A DNA stretch of 64,000 nt from Camelus ferus (taxonomy: Eukaryota): contig NC_045696.1 in assembly GCF_009834535.1 (NCBI RefSeq), forward strand, positions 114,950,001 to 115,014,000, given 5' to 3'. The notes beneath the pieces were generated by a model that saw only the letters and a program-made list of their open reading frames with translations, did no database searches and was not told the DNA's origin. This document shows positions 26,721 to 39,665 of the stretch, piece after piece. Every line of letters starts with the position of its first letter. Position 1 is the first letter of the stretch. Both the position numbers and the translations under genes were made by a program.

Positions 26721-27649
26721 CGTTTCAACAATTCTCAAATCAGATTGTGTCTTCAAATTAGTGTAAATAATTTGACTTTATGCTGTGTTTATTAATGCCT
26801 TCCCACAATAAAGCCTTTTATTAAACCCACAATGTGTCTTAAAAATGTACAGTGTCTTAGGTCAAAGAAATGGGATATTAGAGAGTGAAGGAAGACCACC
26901 AGGCATTGGAGGTGGGGAAGCTTCCAGGCAAGGGGACCACAGATCAGTGACCAACATCACTGAGCGTTTTGCTCAGGGGTCAAGTCAGGGTTTTTGAGTC
27001 CCAAGAGGGAAGGAGGCTCCATCATCTTGTTCTGTCCAAGGAATGAAAAGCAGCTTTCTGGGCCAGGGAGGAATGAGCTCACTGGTTGGTTAAACCAAGC
27101 CCTGTTTCATCGCTCAAGAAAGTTTGCAGTTCAGTCCAACGAGGGTCCAATACACTGAGTCCCTCAGAGTTCAGGGTTCTTTAACAACCTCAGCTGGTTA
27201 GAACTGGTTCTGGGGAAATGTCACATTTGGTTTTGGTACCTTCTAGGCAAATGCTACAGAAAGTTTTTCTTTCTTTTCTTTTTACAAGGGCTAAATAAGA
27301 GAATATAAATGTGAAATGTGGAGAGAGGGGTGGAAAACAATTGCGTTCAAGCCAAGAATTTGGAAAAGGCATCGTATTAAAAACAACTAAAATTTTAGAG
27401 GGCTTATTTTCATATGTAATAAAAAAAATATGTCTAGAATAAAGACTGTCTGGGTGCACCCACAGCAGAGCATTTTTGTGGAAAGCAAATAGTAGAAATT
27501 GTAGCAGAAGCCCTTATTCGGACTGGAGGTGAGGGCTGGACTTGCAGGAGACGGCCGTGGTTTAGTTTAGAAGCCTCTCAACTGTTTGAGCTCAGCAGCA
27601 TTCAGGTGCAATCACACTAAACATGGGCACCCTGAGAAAATGTATTGAA

Positions 27650-28140
27650 ATAATTCAGAAATGAGAAGAGCCCACCCAGTTCTGAAAAAAGAAGAGCAAC
27701 ATGGATGGATTGACAGATCTGATGCTATAAAAAAAACACTGGCAATTACAATAGTGTGGTACTGACAGAATAAGGTAGACATTAATTAGTGGAGGGTAGT
27801 ACAAAGTTCAGAATCAGACACAAATGTATATGATAATTCTGATACAACAGCAACATTTCAAATCAGTAGATAAGGAGAGCTTTCTTTCCAAATGGTATCA
27901 GGGCAAAAAACTAATGATATCGAAAATTTAACAATAAGTGGATGTCTGCTTCATAAGCTATGATAAAATGGAAACTGGGTGAAATCCTGGTTCAAAAGCA
28001 ACACATAAAATGAGATTCTAAAGTTAAATATTGACAAACACATAATTCTGGCTTGAGAAAGGCCTTTCTAAGCCAATGACTGAAGTAACAAAGGAAAAGA
28101 TTGATAAACTTTGTGCCTTACATACAAGGAAAACCAATGC
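27650..28140 (+). mobile_element. Ancient L1M ORF2 remnant
   Basis: 'aattacaatagtgtggtactgacag...aagttcagaatcagacacaaatgtatatg', 'gagaaaggcctttctaagc'. Confidence 0.6.
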
Positions 28141-28856
28141 ATGATTCAGTCCAAACCTATTAATTTCCAGGCATCCCAAATGCAGAAACACCAAAGACAG
28201 ATGGATGATAGACAGACAGACAGACAGATGAGTGTAGAGATATAGCAATATATCCCCTCCCAAAATTCCTGGAAATGACAACTCGAAAATAATTTGAAAG
28301 ACACTTGAAAGAGCTCTGATAATTAAAAAAAAAAAGTGAATTCATTAGAAAGTAGCTAGTGTAATGTAAGTTTGCCAACATGGATAAACGAGCAATTGAA
28401 AAATATACTTAAATTATAAATGTAATATTTTTTTAATCTGTCTACTTGACACCGTGTGTCGAGTTATATGTAAAATATTCAGGCATTTTCAACACAGGTG
28501 GCATACGGACTATTGAGAACAAACTGAAATAATCACATCACCTTTGGCCCCAAAATTCTGTTTTGAAAAATGTACACTAAGGAATGAATCATGGAGATTT
28601 ATAAAGATACTTCTCAGGAATATTCAAACTGATGTTTTGTCAGGAGGGTCAAATTGGAATAAAAATCACAAATCCAAGACAGACAATTATTTACAATTAT
28701 TTAAAAGGATCATTGTAGGTCTACCCATTGCAATACTATATGGTCTCTTTAAAATTGCTTTAATAGAAGATTTTATAAAGTTAAAATGCCATTCTTAGCA
28801 TAGTGTAAGTTAAAAAAACCAACTTTCAGGAAATTCTATTTAAAATACATATAAGA

Positions 28857-29094
28857 AGGGGGCAGGGGTGGGAACGGATAGACTGGGATTTCAAAATTGT
28901 AGAATAGATAAACAAGATTATACTGTATAGCAAAGGGAAATATATACAAGATCTTATGGTAGCTCACAGAGAAAGGAATGTGACAATGAATATATATATG
29001 TTCATGTATAACTGAAAAATTGTGCTCTACACTGGAGTTTGACACAACATTGTAAAATGATTATAAATCAATAAAAATGTTAAAAAAATAAAAT
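28857..29094 (+). mobile_element. LINE-1 3'UTR end (same young subfamily as the 37-40 kb copy)
   Basis: Near-identical to ~39760-40000; A-tail; TSD aaaatacatataaga (28842-28856) / aaaatacgtatagga (29095-29109). Confidence 0.93.
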
Positions 29095-31060
29095 AAAATA
29101 CGTATAGGAGAAAATAAAGAAAAATTTAAAACAGCATCTTTATATATATAAAGACTATAATAAATGCCGTTTCAACTTTGAGATGCCTAGAAATTAATAG
29201 GTGACTGTTTAGACTAATTCACGTATTGGTTTTCTTTGTACATAATGCAAAGCATTGAATAGATAGATATAAAAATAGTTGGGTCTATAAATAATGTAAA
29301 ACAATTATACATTATTCTCTTTCTCTAATTGTTTTATTTTAAATAAAGGATGGAAATGGTTAAGTTAAAGGGAAAAGTTGGAAAATTAAGCCCCCAGCAC
29401 ATCCTCAAAAGAAAAGATCCTAATTTTGTGGTTCACCGGTATATGACTTTGGAGAAATACATAAATACACTAGGTGAACTGATCCATGAGCTGAGCAAGG
29501 GTCAGCTAAATCAGCTAATTTGCCATGTGAATATACACACTGCATGAAGTAAAATTAAGAGATGATTACCGGGTTCAGCTTAAATTCATATTACTGTGAA
29601 TTGATTTCTTAATTCTTAAAGAGCTATGAAATTGAGCAGGAGAACGCAGGATGTGGAATTTATCCTTATTAATGTGAATTCCTTAAAGAGGAAATGAAGC
29701 ATGGTTACTAATGTTTCCGGCATGAACACATAGTCCCAGGTCATAAACTTGATGTAGCTGTGCACATATTGAAGCATTTTCTCTTCTAAGCTATTTCACC
29801 AAGTTTGGCAATTTGTCCATCTAGGTTGATATGAGCGTTCTAGTTTAGGGTATGATTACGACGGTATGTCAGTTAGGCGTGGGATCATTGAGCAGACACA
29901 CATTCTGTTATAAGTAGAAAATGCGTTTTTGAAGATGAGTTTTTGCCATCATGTAAAAGTCTTAGCCCAGGAAAGCCAACATTTATTCAACCTCCTTCAT
30001 GTCGTATTCTTTGACATGAGCAAAATAATTTAATCTTGACAGTCGTGTAACTAAACATTGGTATTTCTAGTCTGTAGAAGTTGAGATTAAATTTTTTAAA
30101 TGAGTTGACAGATCACACAGCTAAGAAAACATAAACCACTAAGTGAATCTCACCACAAACAGGCATGGACGTCCGCATTGAGCACGAAAATGCTTCTGAA
30201 GTCCAGACAACGTTGGAAGCTAGAAATACATTCAGCCACTCTATTGAGTCAGAGGCTGGTTTCCTGTCCCAGGCAGTGCTTGCTTAGCACAGGAAGATCT
30301 CTCCCCTTCTCTCTCTCTTTGTAGACTTGAGACCATACATATATGCACGTTTGTATATAGAGTCAGTTACTGTATGCATTGAGTGTTTGAGAAATCTTAA
30401 CATTATTATGTATCTTTTCGAAGAGTCAGCTTAGAATTGAAAATAAACAGACTTTTTAATTACTTATATTTAGAATATCTTTTTAATGTTTTCTGTATAA
30501 AAGAGATTTCCAAAACTCACTGTGAACCACTCAAATATACTTATCTGTGAAATGAGGATGGAGGTCTTGACCTCCAAAGTACCTTCCATATATGTCTGTA
30601 TTTCTACAATTCTAGTTACCAGGGAGTTTACTCATTTATTCTGAAAAAAAAAAAAGTAAATGTATTCAGAAGGTATTATAAAATAATCATCTGAATTTGA
30701 CTTTTAAAGAATTTCCTAGAGATAGCCCGGAAGCCATCCCTCCCACCTCACCCCATAAAGTTTAATGAGCATTTTCTTGTCAAAGATGGGAGTTAAGAAA
30801 TTTCACATTTTTTAATGATTCTGTAAAGCTAGTTGCTCTCCCACCCTGCAGCTGAACAGCTTTGAAAATACAATGTGCAAAGCTGCAGATTAACAGTACA
30901 TGGATGTCCGGGGTTGATGTAATTTTAGGCTGCTTGAATTAACTCTCTCTGACAAGCCCTCCCGCGCACAGCACCAGCAGCAAAGTGCCTCTTTGTCTAC
31001 AGTTAGGAACCAGGCTGCAGTCTCTGGGAGGTTGCACATTGTTTCTAATATATCGGTGCT

Positions 31061-31316
31061 TGGTCAAAGTCAAATCATCCCCTGTGAGAGCCTGACTGCC
31101 CAAAGGGTATAAACCCAATTGCCAGTGGTTTATTCAGCTTTGACAGTTCTCAGTGTGATCCTAACAGCCTTTGATAAAACAAGAAGGCAGGGGAAAAGCT
31201 CCAGAGATTTCCTTCTATTCATTTCTGTAATAGTTTTCTGGCCACAGGAGACTTAAGAAGATTTGTACAGCCTGCACGCTTTTCATTAGCAGCAAGTTCA
31301 ATGCTGTTGGGTAAGT
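31061..31316 (+). promoter_or_regulatory. Candidate TATA promoter and alternative first exon of an unidentified + strand gene
   Basis: DR1/HNF4-like TGGTCAAAGTCAA (31061-31073), TATAAA (31108-31113), no ATG until 31301, then ATG CTG TTG G and donor GTAAGT (31311-31316); repeat-free context. Confidence 0.45.
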
Positions 31317-34300
31317 TACTGTGTTAAGACTATTTTAAAAAAGCAGACTGCTATACATACGAATTTTTATTCCAGTTTTGAAAAACTGTCTTTTACTTAG
31401 CTTCAGTCCAAAGCAGCTGAAAACAAAGAAATAGTAAATATTCTTTTGTGTTTTCTAAATCATAGACTTCGTGTCTCTCTCCGGCTTCATTCCGTTGGTT
31501 GAATGCAATACCATGGTTCACTGGGTTTTTGGTATGAACATTCTAAAATTATCGTTATTGGACTGGCAAGGAAACCTGATTGAATTTTCAGTACAATCAT
31601 AGTTCTTGTCATGGGATGTAACAATGTTTAATGATTTCATTGTATTTCCATACGCAACAAAATGCATCGGTATTTTCGGACTTAGTTAAACTGCCAGAAC
31701 TCAATTACTGTTCGTGTGCCGTCTTTCCCTTCTCCTTTGCTAGAAAAAGTATATCTGGTTGGTAAAAATCTCTAACTCTGGTGGAGAAAAATACACACAT
31801 GTATATTTGGTACAGCACAGTATAGTAACCTACAAGTGTATTTATATATTATATACATCTGGGAAGAAGATACTTTCCTTATAAAGTAATTTTTTAATTG
31901 CTATGTAATTTGTCGGTTACACATTGCCCTTCATCTCTCTTTCAGAATTTATTCTACAGTTTATCGTGTGGACTAATTTCTGAACTAAAAGATTGATGAA
32001 ATACACTGAATATGTTATAACTCGTCAGTAGATACATCATTTGCTGACTTGAAGTCATTACAGCACAAGTCATTTAATACTTTAAAGTTCAATATCTGAT
32101 AAGTTGGAGTACAGAGAAAGGGGCTAGTGAGACAGGATGAATCAAATAAGGAAGAGTTATTTATTTCTTTAAGATCTTTTTTTTTTTCTGTATAGGATAG
32201 ACAGAACCAAAATGTGGAATGGGTGGACTAAATTAATCCTTCCCTCGTGTTCAGATCTTCAGAAATAAAATACTAAATTCAGCCTAAAGTTAAGACTTTT
32301 TATGGCTTTTCTGATCCAATTTTTATTATTAGAAATATATTTTTACCTGAAGTATTATGACAGGTATCAGTATTTTATGTTGTCAGGAAGATTCCAGTAA
32401 GAACCTGGAAGGGTTAAGTTGTCCCGTCTTACAAGGTGAAATAAATGATGACTTTAAAATAAGGCTGATGAACTTGACATTCAGCTTTTGGTGAAATTCT
32501 CATTTTTTAGAGAAGCAGCAGAACCGTGTGTATCCTGTACCTGTGATTAGGGACATCGCAAACAATGACTTGATTAAACAGCTGTGGATAGAAGTGTTCT
32601 TTCCTCTCTGCACATTCTTAACGTTTTTAACCCTGACAGTTTGTGATGGTGCGTTGACATTTTGAAATATCAAAGCAGAGAATAACCATTGATACAGCTG
32701 TCCGACTTACCATGGTTCCTTATTATAGCAATCGTGTTACCACGGGCCATACTTCTGTCAACAGCACTTCATCACAGATGCCCCAATTGCCCATATATGC
32801 ATGGAAGCTTGGAGCATTGCCTGCCAAAGATGTAATAAATCAAGGAGCAAATTATGTGGTTGCTCCTGCAGTGCTTAGATTTTCCTGTGTTCTCATGGCC
32901 ATGTGCTCTTATCCAAAGTTAGTAAGTCTCTAAACAATGCATTAGCTGGCGGATGAGTCCTTGCATTCTGTTTGTATCATATTTTATAGGACAGAAGGAT
33001 GACTCACTAGAAATTTGAATCTGGAGCAGAATATTAAAGAGCCCTTCCCTAGCGCACACTTTTAGGAAAGTCACTTGAAACAATAATTATTTGCTTATTC
33101 TTCTCTGACAGCTCAAAAAAAAAAAAGCATCATTTTATTTCAAATACAGGCTGCTTGAGTACCAAGTAGGTATCAGTTCTCTGAAAATGAGGATTTATTA
33201 GTATATCAGAATTTTTTAAAGTATCACATAAAATTGTTGACAAACTATCAGTTGCTTGAAATAATACCAACGCATCAAGTTACAGTGTTACTGTTTTGTC
33301 ATGTCCTGAGCTGTCACCTACACATGCACATCCATATGTGTATGTTGTATACATTTTCTTTATTAAAAACAAAATGTGGCCAAGTAGAATTTCCCAAAAT
33401 CAAAGAGGATAATTGTATGTAACCTGATGGTATCTGGTTATGCCACTTGGTAAAAGCACCGGAGTCTATAAAAGAAAAAGGACAAGCACAATATGTATTT
33501 TATTTCATAATTCTTTCCAATCACAGAGCTTAAAGATTTTTGTTGCCTCAAATTAATTGTAGAGTGAGGTGGGCCATAATACATAAAGCAAATTAAAAGT
33601 CATGGAAGTAAAACTGGAAATGACTACAGAAAATATCTAGCCTAATCAGTACATTTTATAGACAATTATTTTCTTTACCTGCTCTAGTTAAGCAGGAAAT
33701 TTTATTATAGCTGGCTTTTGATTCAGCTTCATACATGCATATAATACTATTTTGTTTCCAAAAACACCACATTTTTGCCACAGGGTATTTTGGTCTTTTC
33801 ATAAAAATGAACTTTCCACAAAATTAGCATCATCAAAATGGCAACATATAGGTTAGATGAGCAAGACCACACAGCTAAAAAAAAAGAGAGAGAGAGCTTG
33901 AGAACCCAGGTATTTTGTTTCTTGAAGCTTTTCTTTGAATCACCACACAATAGAGACAGTACCCAGGTCATTTTTTTAATAGTTTGTTCTTGAAGCAACA
34001 CAAAGTTGGTACTTAAAAGGAAACATATCATAATTTTCCACTGGTGGAAGTCACGCTTTCAAAAACAATTTTTCTTCTTTGTTTCTCATTGATCATTATC
34101 AGTTAGTTGTTTGTTTCAAACACTTTCGATATAATATTCTTCATCTTTCAGCCATGGATAACATCCTGATTATCAGTACTTGGACAGATACTCTGTGATG
34201 CATCTCTATCTGAAGTAAATTCTTGTAAAGTTGATAACATTTTTGGAGTATTCAACTATATAGAAACTACTTCTGAATCATCACTTTGTTGGCCAATATT

Positions 34301-34354
34301 TTTATGTAGCATATCCTTACATGTGATATTTTCTTCATTAAGAACAAATCTATA

Positions 34355-34715
34355 TGTTAGTCACTAAATATAAAAGTAGATTTAAAAAAAATTTCTTCTG
34401 TATAGCCCAGAGAACTATGTTCAATATCTTGTAATAACCTTTAATGAAAAAGAATATGAAAAGGAATATATATAATATATATAACATATATATATTACAT
34501 ATATATATGAATCACTATGCTGTACACCAGAAACTAACACAACATTGTAAGTTGACTATGACTACACTTCAATAAAAACAAAGTCACTGGTAACACAAGG
34601 GAATTGAGCCAAGAGCACTATGCTGAAGGATATACGTATGTACCCACATGACTGGGACATTGTGCTGCACACCAGAAATTGACACATTGTAACTGACTGT
34701 ACTTCAATTTAAAAA
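34355..34715 (+). mobile_element. Two tandem L1 3' ends separated by ~48 bp
   Basis: Two 'caccagaaa...acattgtaa...gact..acttcaat' + A-tail termini (~34580 and ~34715); TA-rich expansion in the first. Confidence 0.8.
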
Positions 34716-35229
34716 GACCTAAATAAGATAAAAGTAAAAGGATAGAAAATGATATACCATGCTAACACTAATTTAAAAAAAAATCCTGTAGTGACTATAT
34801 TAATACCTGAAAAAAATGAGGTTTTAGAAAAGAGTACATTATCATGGATAAGGAAATGCACTTTATAATCACGAAAAATAACCATAATAATCCTAAAAAA
34901 ACTACGTATATGGGACGTCCCTGGCCCCCTTGTCTGAACTATTCACACCCCTGACCCCACTCCTGTCCTTTTAATTTGCTTATTGTTGCTCCTTGAAGCA
35001 CTTAACTATGGCTTAAATTATCTTACAAATTTATAATCTGATTTTTCTCTGTCTCCCTAACTAGAATGTAAGTTCCTTGACTGCACGTAGACTATGTTCT
35101 GTTTTGTTTTGCTTTTTGTTTGTTTGCTTGTTTGTTTTGCTTTACTACAATAAGAACAGGGGGCTTCCTGCATGAATTATAAGCCTTTCTGACATGGATC
35201 TTGAACAAACTGATGATACCCAGAATTAA

Positions 35230-35420
35230 TATTGTATTTCTTATATTGTACAAAATGTTGCTTTGCATACATCATGTCCAATTTTTGCATCAAACTTGTC
35301 AAGTAGTTAATATTTCCCATATTTTGTAGATTAAGAATGTGAGATACAGAGAGAGGAAGCAGCTTGCCTCTAAGCAGTTGAACTGAAGTCAAATTCAGCC
35401 CTGGCTGCTTTCAAATCTTG
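35230..35420 (-). mobile_element. MIR SINE remnant
   Basis: 'cccatattttgtagattaagaatgtgagatacagagagagg...cttgcctc'. Confidence 0.55.
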
Positions 35421-35924
35421 TGAACACCTGTTTGCTACATCACATTATCTGATAATATATTGCACTCTAAACATTTTTCTTTCACATGTTGACAAAGAAA
35501 AGGAAGTGGAGGGAGGAGAGAAAAATAGTGGCAAACAATGTCACAGCTCATGGTTGGTCAGAAACTTAAAAAAAAAAAAATTTTTTTTTAAAGCAGAGAG
35601 AGATTTTCCAAAGACCTGAAAGAGAAGGGCTCAGGGAGGAAAAGAAGAAAGGAATGAATTGGAAAGATGTGATGCAGGCACAGAGAGAATTCTTCTAGCT
35701 CCAACATTTCCTACCACTCTAGTCCAGAAGGGCTGGCCTTTCTCTTACTTAGGGCCATTTTCCAGCTGTCCATCCATCATGCCTATGTGGACTCTTCCTT
35801 TTGTCAGAGGAGCTTACTCAATGTCATCTGAACCAGACCATGCTTTACTTAAGCAGATCTCCCAACTCTGATCTTGGTTTGAGGGGATGAAGGACTTAGT
35901 GCAGAATACAGGTAGAAAGAGGGA

Positions 35925-35994
35925 CATTTCAGATTCGGGTATTGGGATGGAAATGAGTGCATTTCAGATTCGGGTATTGGGATGGAAATGAGTG
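35925..35994. repeat. Perfect 35-bp tandem duplication
   Basis: catttcagattcgggtattgggatggaaatgagtg x2 (35925-35959, 35960-35994). Confidence 0.97.
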
Positions 35995-36693
35995 TTAAGG
36001 CAAAGTGCACCTACAGCACAGTGAGGAATAAAGGAGTTCAGTGTGTGCTGTGGGTGATGGACAGGAAGTGTGACTGACACGGCAGATGTCTGTCCCAGTT
36101 GGAGGGGAAGAACATGGCCAAATTATAGATGTGCTTATAGATGTAAACAAAAGTTTATTGTGAGGTAGGAGAGAGTAGGTACAAATGACTTAATCATCTG
36201 GGACAGCATATGATAAATGATTGTCTGACAAAGGACTAATTCTTGTGTGGGCGGTGAGGGGGCAATCAGTGACCAGAAACATCCTGCCTGCTTTCCTTCC
36301 CCAGGCACTGCCCTCCTCACACTTGCAGTCCACACATCCCCGTGAGAGGTTCATTCAGGCTTGGATCTGATACACTTGGATGGTATGAGACAGTCCGCCC
36401 AAGGCAGTCTCATCTGCCAAGCTCACCAGTGTCAGTGCACAAAAACATTCCTGGTGTTTGTTACTCAGAACTTGGCCCGATTGGGAGGGATCCCTTGCCA
36501 GCTATAAATTCACATTCTACTTAAAAGGCAGGGTATTTTTTAACTTAAATGAGTGCATTTAAAGCTGGTCTGTGGAGAAAGAAAATCACATTAAAAAAAT
36601 GAAGCTGTCCATAATATTCTATGCATTGGGGTTTTGTTGCATTGAGTATTCCTTGAAGCAACTAAGAACAACTTGGACCTTCCCTTTTTATGA

Positions 36694-36931
36694 GGATCTG
36701 GCACTGTGTTAATATTTTTGTAAATTACATGTCTGGCATATGGAAAAATTTGGACACTTGCAAGGAGAGATATTTTTTGAAAATATTTATCCTATTTTTT
36801 AACTTGGGGATTTGGCATTGTGTTAATATTTTTGTAAATTACATGTCTGGCATATGGAAAAGTTTGGACACTTGTTGCAAGGAGGAGAGATATTTTTGAA
36901 AATATTATTTATACTTTTTTTTTTACTTGAG
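36694..36931. repeat. Diverged tandem duplication, ~114-bp unit
   Basis: Both copies share 'tgtgttaatatttttgtaaattacatgtctggcatatggaaaa'; starts at 36694 and 36808. Confidence 0.95.
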
Positions 36932-36961
36932 ACTTTGATGATTGAAAAATATGCTTGTTTT

Positions 36962-39665
36962 CCAAACTCACAAAGAAGAAAAAAGAGAGAGCACTAATTA
37001 GCAAAATAAGAAAGGAAAATGGAGAAATTACAACAAATAAAATAGAAATACAGAATATCATATGAGAATATTATGAAAAACTATATGGAACCAAACTGGA
37101 TAACCTAGAGGAGATGGACAAGTTTCTGGAAACATACTGTCCACCAAGACTGAATCAAGAAGAAACTGATTACTTGAACAAACCAATCACTAGAAATGAA
37201 ATAGAAATAGCAATAAAAACCTCCCTACAAATAGAAGTCCAGGACCAGACGCCTTCACTGGGGAATTACACCAAACATACAAAGAAGAACTCATACCATT
37301 CCTTCTCAAACTCTTCCAGAAGATTGAAAAGGAGGGAATACTCCCAAACTCATTCTATGAAGCCACCATCACCCTGACACCAAAACCAGGCAAAGACACT
37401 GCCAAAAAAGAGAATTATAGACCAATATCACGGATGAACATAATAAGCCAAAATCCTCACCAAAATATTAGCAAATAGAATGCAACAACACATAAAAAAA
37501 GATTATGCATCATGATCAAGTGGGGTTCATCCCAGGAACACAAGGGTGGTTCAACATATGCAAATCAATCAATGTAATACATCACATCAACAAGAGAAAG
37601 GACAAAAACCACATGATCATCTCAATAGATGCAGAAAAAGCATTTGATAAAATTCAACACCCATTTATGATAAAAACTCTCACCAAAGTGGGTATAGAGG
37701 AAACATATCCCAACATAATAAAAGCTATATATGACAAACCTACAGCCAGCATACTACTCAACGGTGAAAAACACAAAAGCTTCCCACTAAAATCTGGGAC
37801 AAGACAAGGATACCCACTATCACCATTCCTATTCAACATAGTCCTGGAAGTCCTAGCCACAGCAATCAGGCAAGAGAGAGAAATAAAAGGGATCCAAATT
37901 GTAAAAGAAGAGGTAAAGGTGTCACTATATGCTGACAACATGTTACTATATATATATATAGAAAACCCTAAAAGGTCCACACAAAAACTACTAGAGCTGA
38001 TCGAAGAATTCAGCAAGGTAGTAGGTTACAAGATTAACGTTCAAAAATCAGTTGCATTTCTTTACACTAACTGATAATCAACAGAAGAAGAAAGTAAAGA
38101 AACAATCCCCTTTAAAATAGCACCCAAAGTAATAAAATATCTAGGGAATAAATCTAACCAAGGAGGTGAAAGAATTATACACAGAAAACTATAAACCATT
38201 GATGAAGGAAATTAAAGAAGACTTTAAAAAATGGAAAGATATCCCATGCTCTTGGATTGGAAGAATCAATATTGTTAAAATGGTCACACTGCCCAAGGCA
38301 ATCTACAGATTTAATGCAATCCCTATCAAATTACCCAGGACATATTTCACAGAACTAGAACAAATCATAATAAAAATTTATATGGAACCATCAAAGACCT
38401 AGAATTGCCAAAGCATTACTGAAGAGAAAGAAAGAGGCTGGAGGAATAACTCTCCCAGACTTCAGACAATACTATAGAGCTACAGTCATCAAGACAGCAT
38501 GGTATTGGTATAAAAACAGACATATAGACCAATGGAACAGAATAGAGAGCCCAGAAATGAACCCACAAACTTTTGGTCAACTCATCTTCGACAAAGGAGG
38601 CAAGAATATAGAATATACAATGGAATAAAGACAGTCTCTTCAGCAAATGGTGTTGGGAAAACTGGACAGCAGCATGTAAAGCAATGAAGCTAGAACACTC
38701 CCTTACACCATACACAAAAATAAACTCAAAATGGATCAAAGACTTAAACATAAGACAAGATACAATAAACCTCCTTGAAGAAAATATAGGCAAAACATGA
38801 TCTGACATACATCTCAAGAATGTTCTCCTAGAATGGTCTACTCAAGCAATAGAAATAAAAGCAAGAATAAACAAATGGGACCTAATGAAACTTACAGGCT
38901 TCTGCACAGCAAAGGAAACCATTAGTAAAACAAAAAGACAACCTACAGAATGGGAAAAAATTTTTGCAAATGGAACTGACAAAGTCTAGATCTCCAGAAT
39001 ATATAAGCAGCTCATACGACTTAATAAGAAAAAAAACATACAACGCAATGCAAAAATGGTCAGAAGACCTAAACAAGCAATTCTCCAAGGAAGACATACA
39101 AATGATCAAAAGGCACATGAAAAAATGCTCAATATCACTAATTATCAGAGAAATGCAAATCCAAACTACCATGAGGTATCACCTCACACCAGTCAGAATG
39201 GCCATCATTCAAAAATCCACAAATGATAAATGCTGGAGAGGCTGTGGAGAAAGGGGAACCCTCCTACACTGCTGGTGGGAATGCAGTTTGGTGCAGCCAC
39301 TGTGGAAAACAGTATGGAGATTCCTCAAGAGACTAGGAATAGACTTACCATGTGACCCAGGAATCCCGCTCCTGGGCTTATATCCAGAAGGAACTCTGCT
39401 TCAGGATGATACCTGCACCCCAATGTTCATAGCAGCACTATTTACAATAGCCAAGACATGGAGACAGCCTAAATGTCCATCAATGGATAACTGGATAAAG
39501 AAGAAGTGGTATATTTATACAATGGAATACTACTCAGCCATAAAAACCAACAACATAACGCCATTTGCAGCAACATGGATGCTCCTGGAGAATGTCATTC
39601 TAAGTGAAGTAAGCCAGAAAGAGAAAGAAAAATACCACATGAGATTGCTCATATGTAGAATCTAA
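36962..39665 (+). pseudogene. Disrupted L1 ORF2 (reverse transcriptase and C-terminal Cys-rich domain; endonuclease missing)
   Basis: ORFs 37114-37377, 37505-38074 ([35 protein letters not shown]), 38166-38402, 38964-39665 ([18 protein letters not shown]) broken by frameshifts/stops; catalytic YADD reads YADN. Confidence 0.95.

Noticed and set aside
31301..31310. Naming the host gene (e.g. PPARGC1A alternative exon encoding MLL)
   Set aside because: Exon phase differs from what I recall for that gene and no other exon of it is recognisable in the window; no symbol can be supported
37114..39665. Reverse-transcriptase ORFs as a functional or domesticated gene
   Set aside because: Ordinary 5'-truncated L1 with frameshifts, no endonuclease domain and YADD changed to YADN
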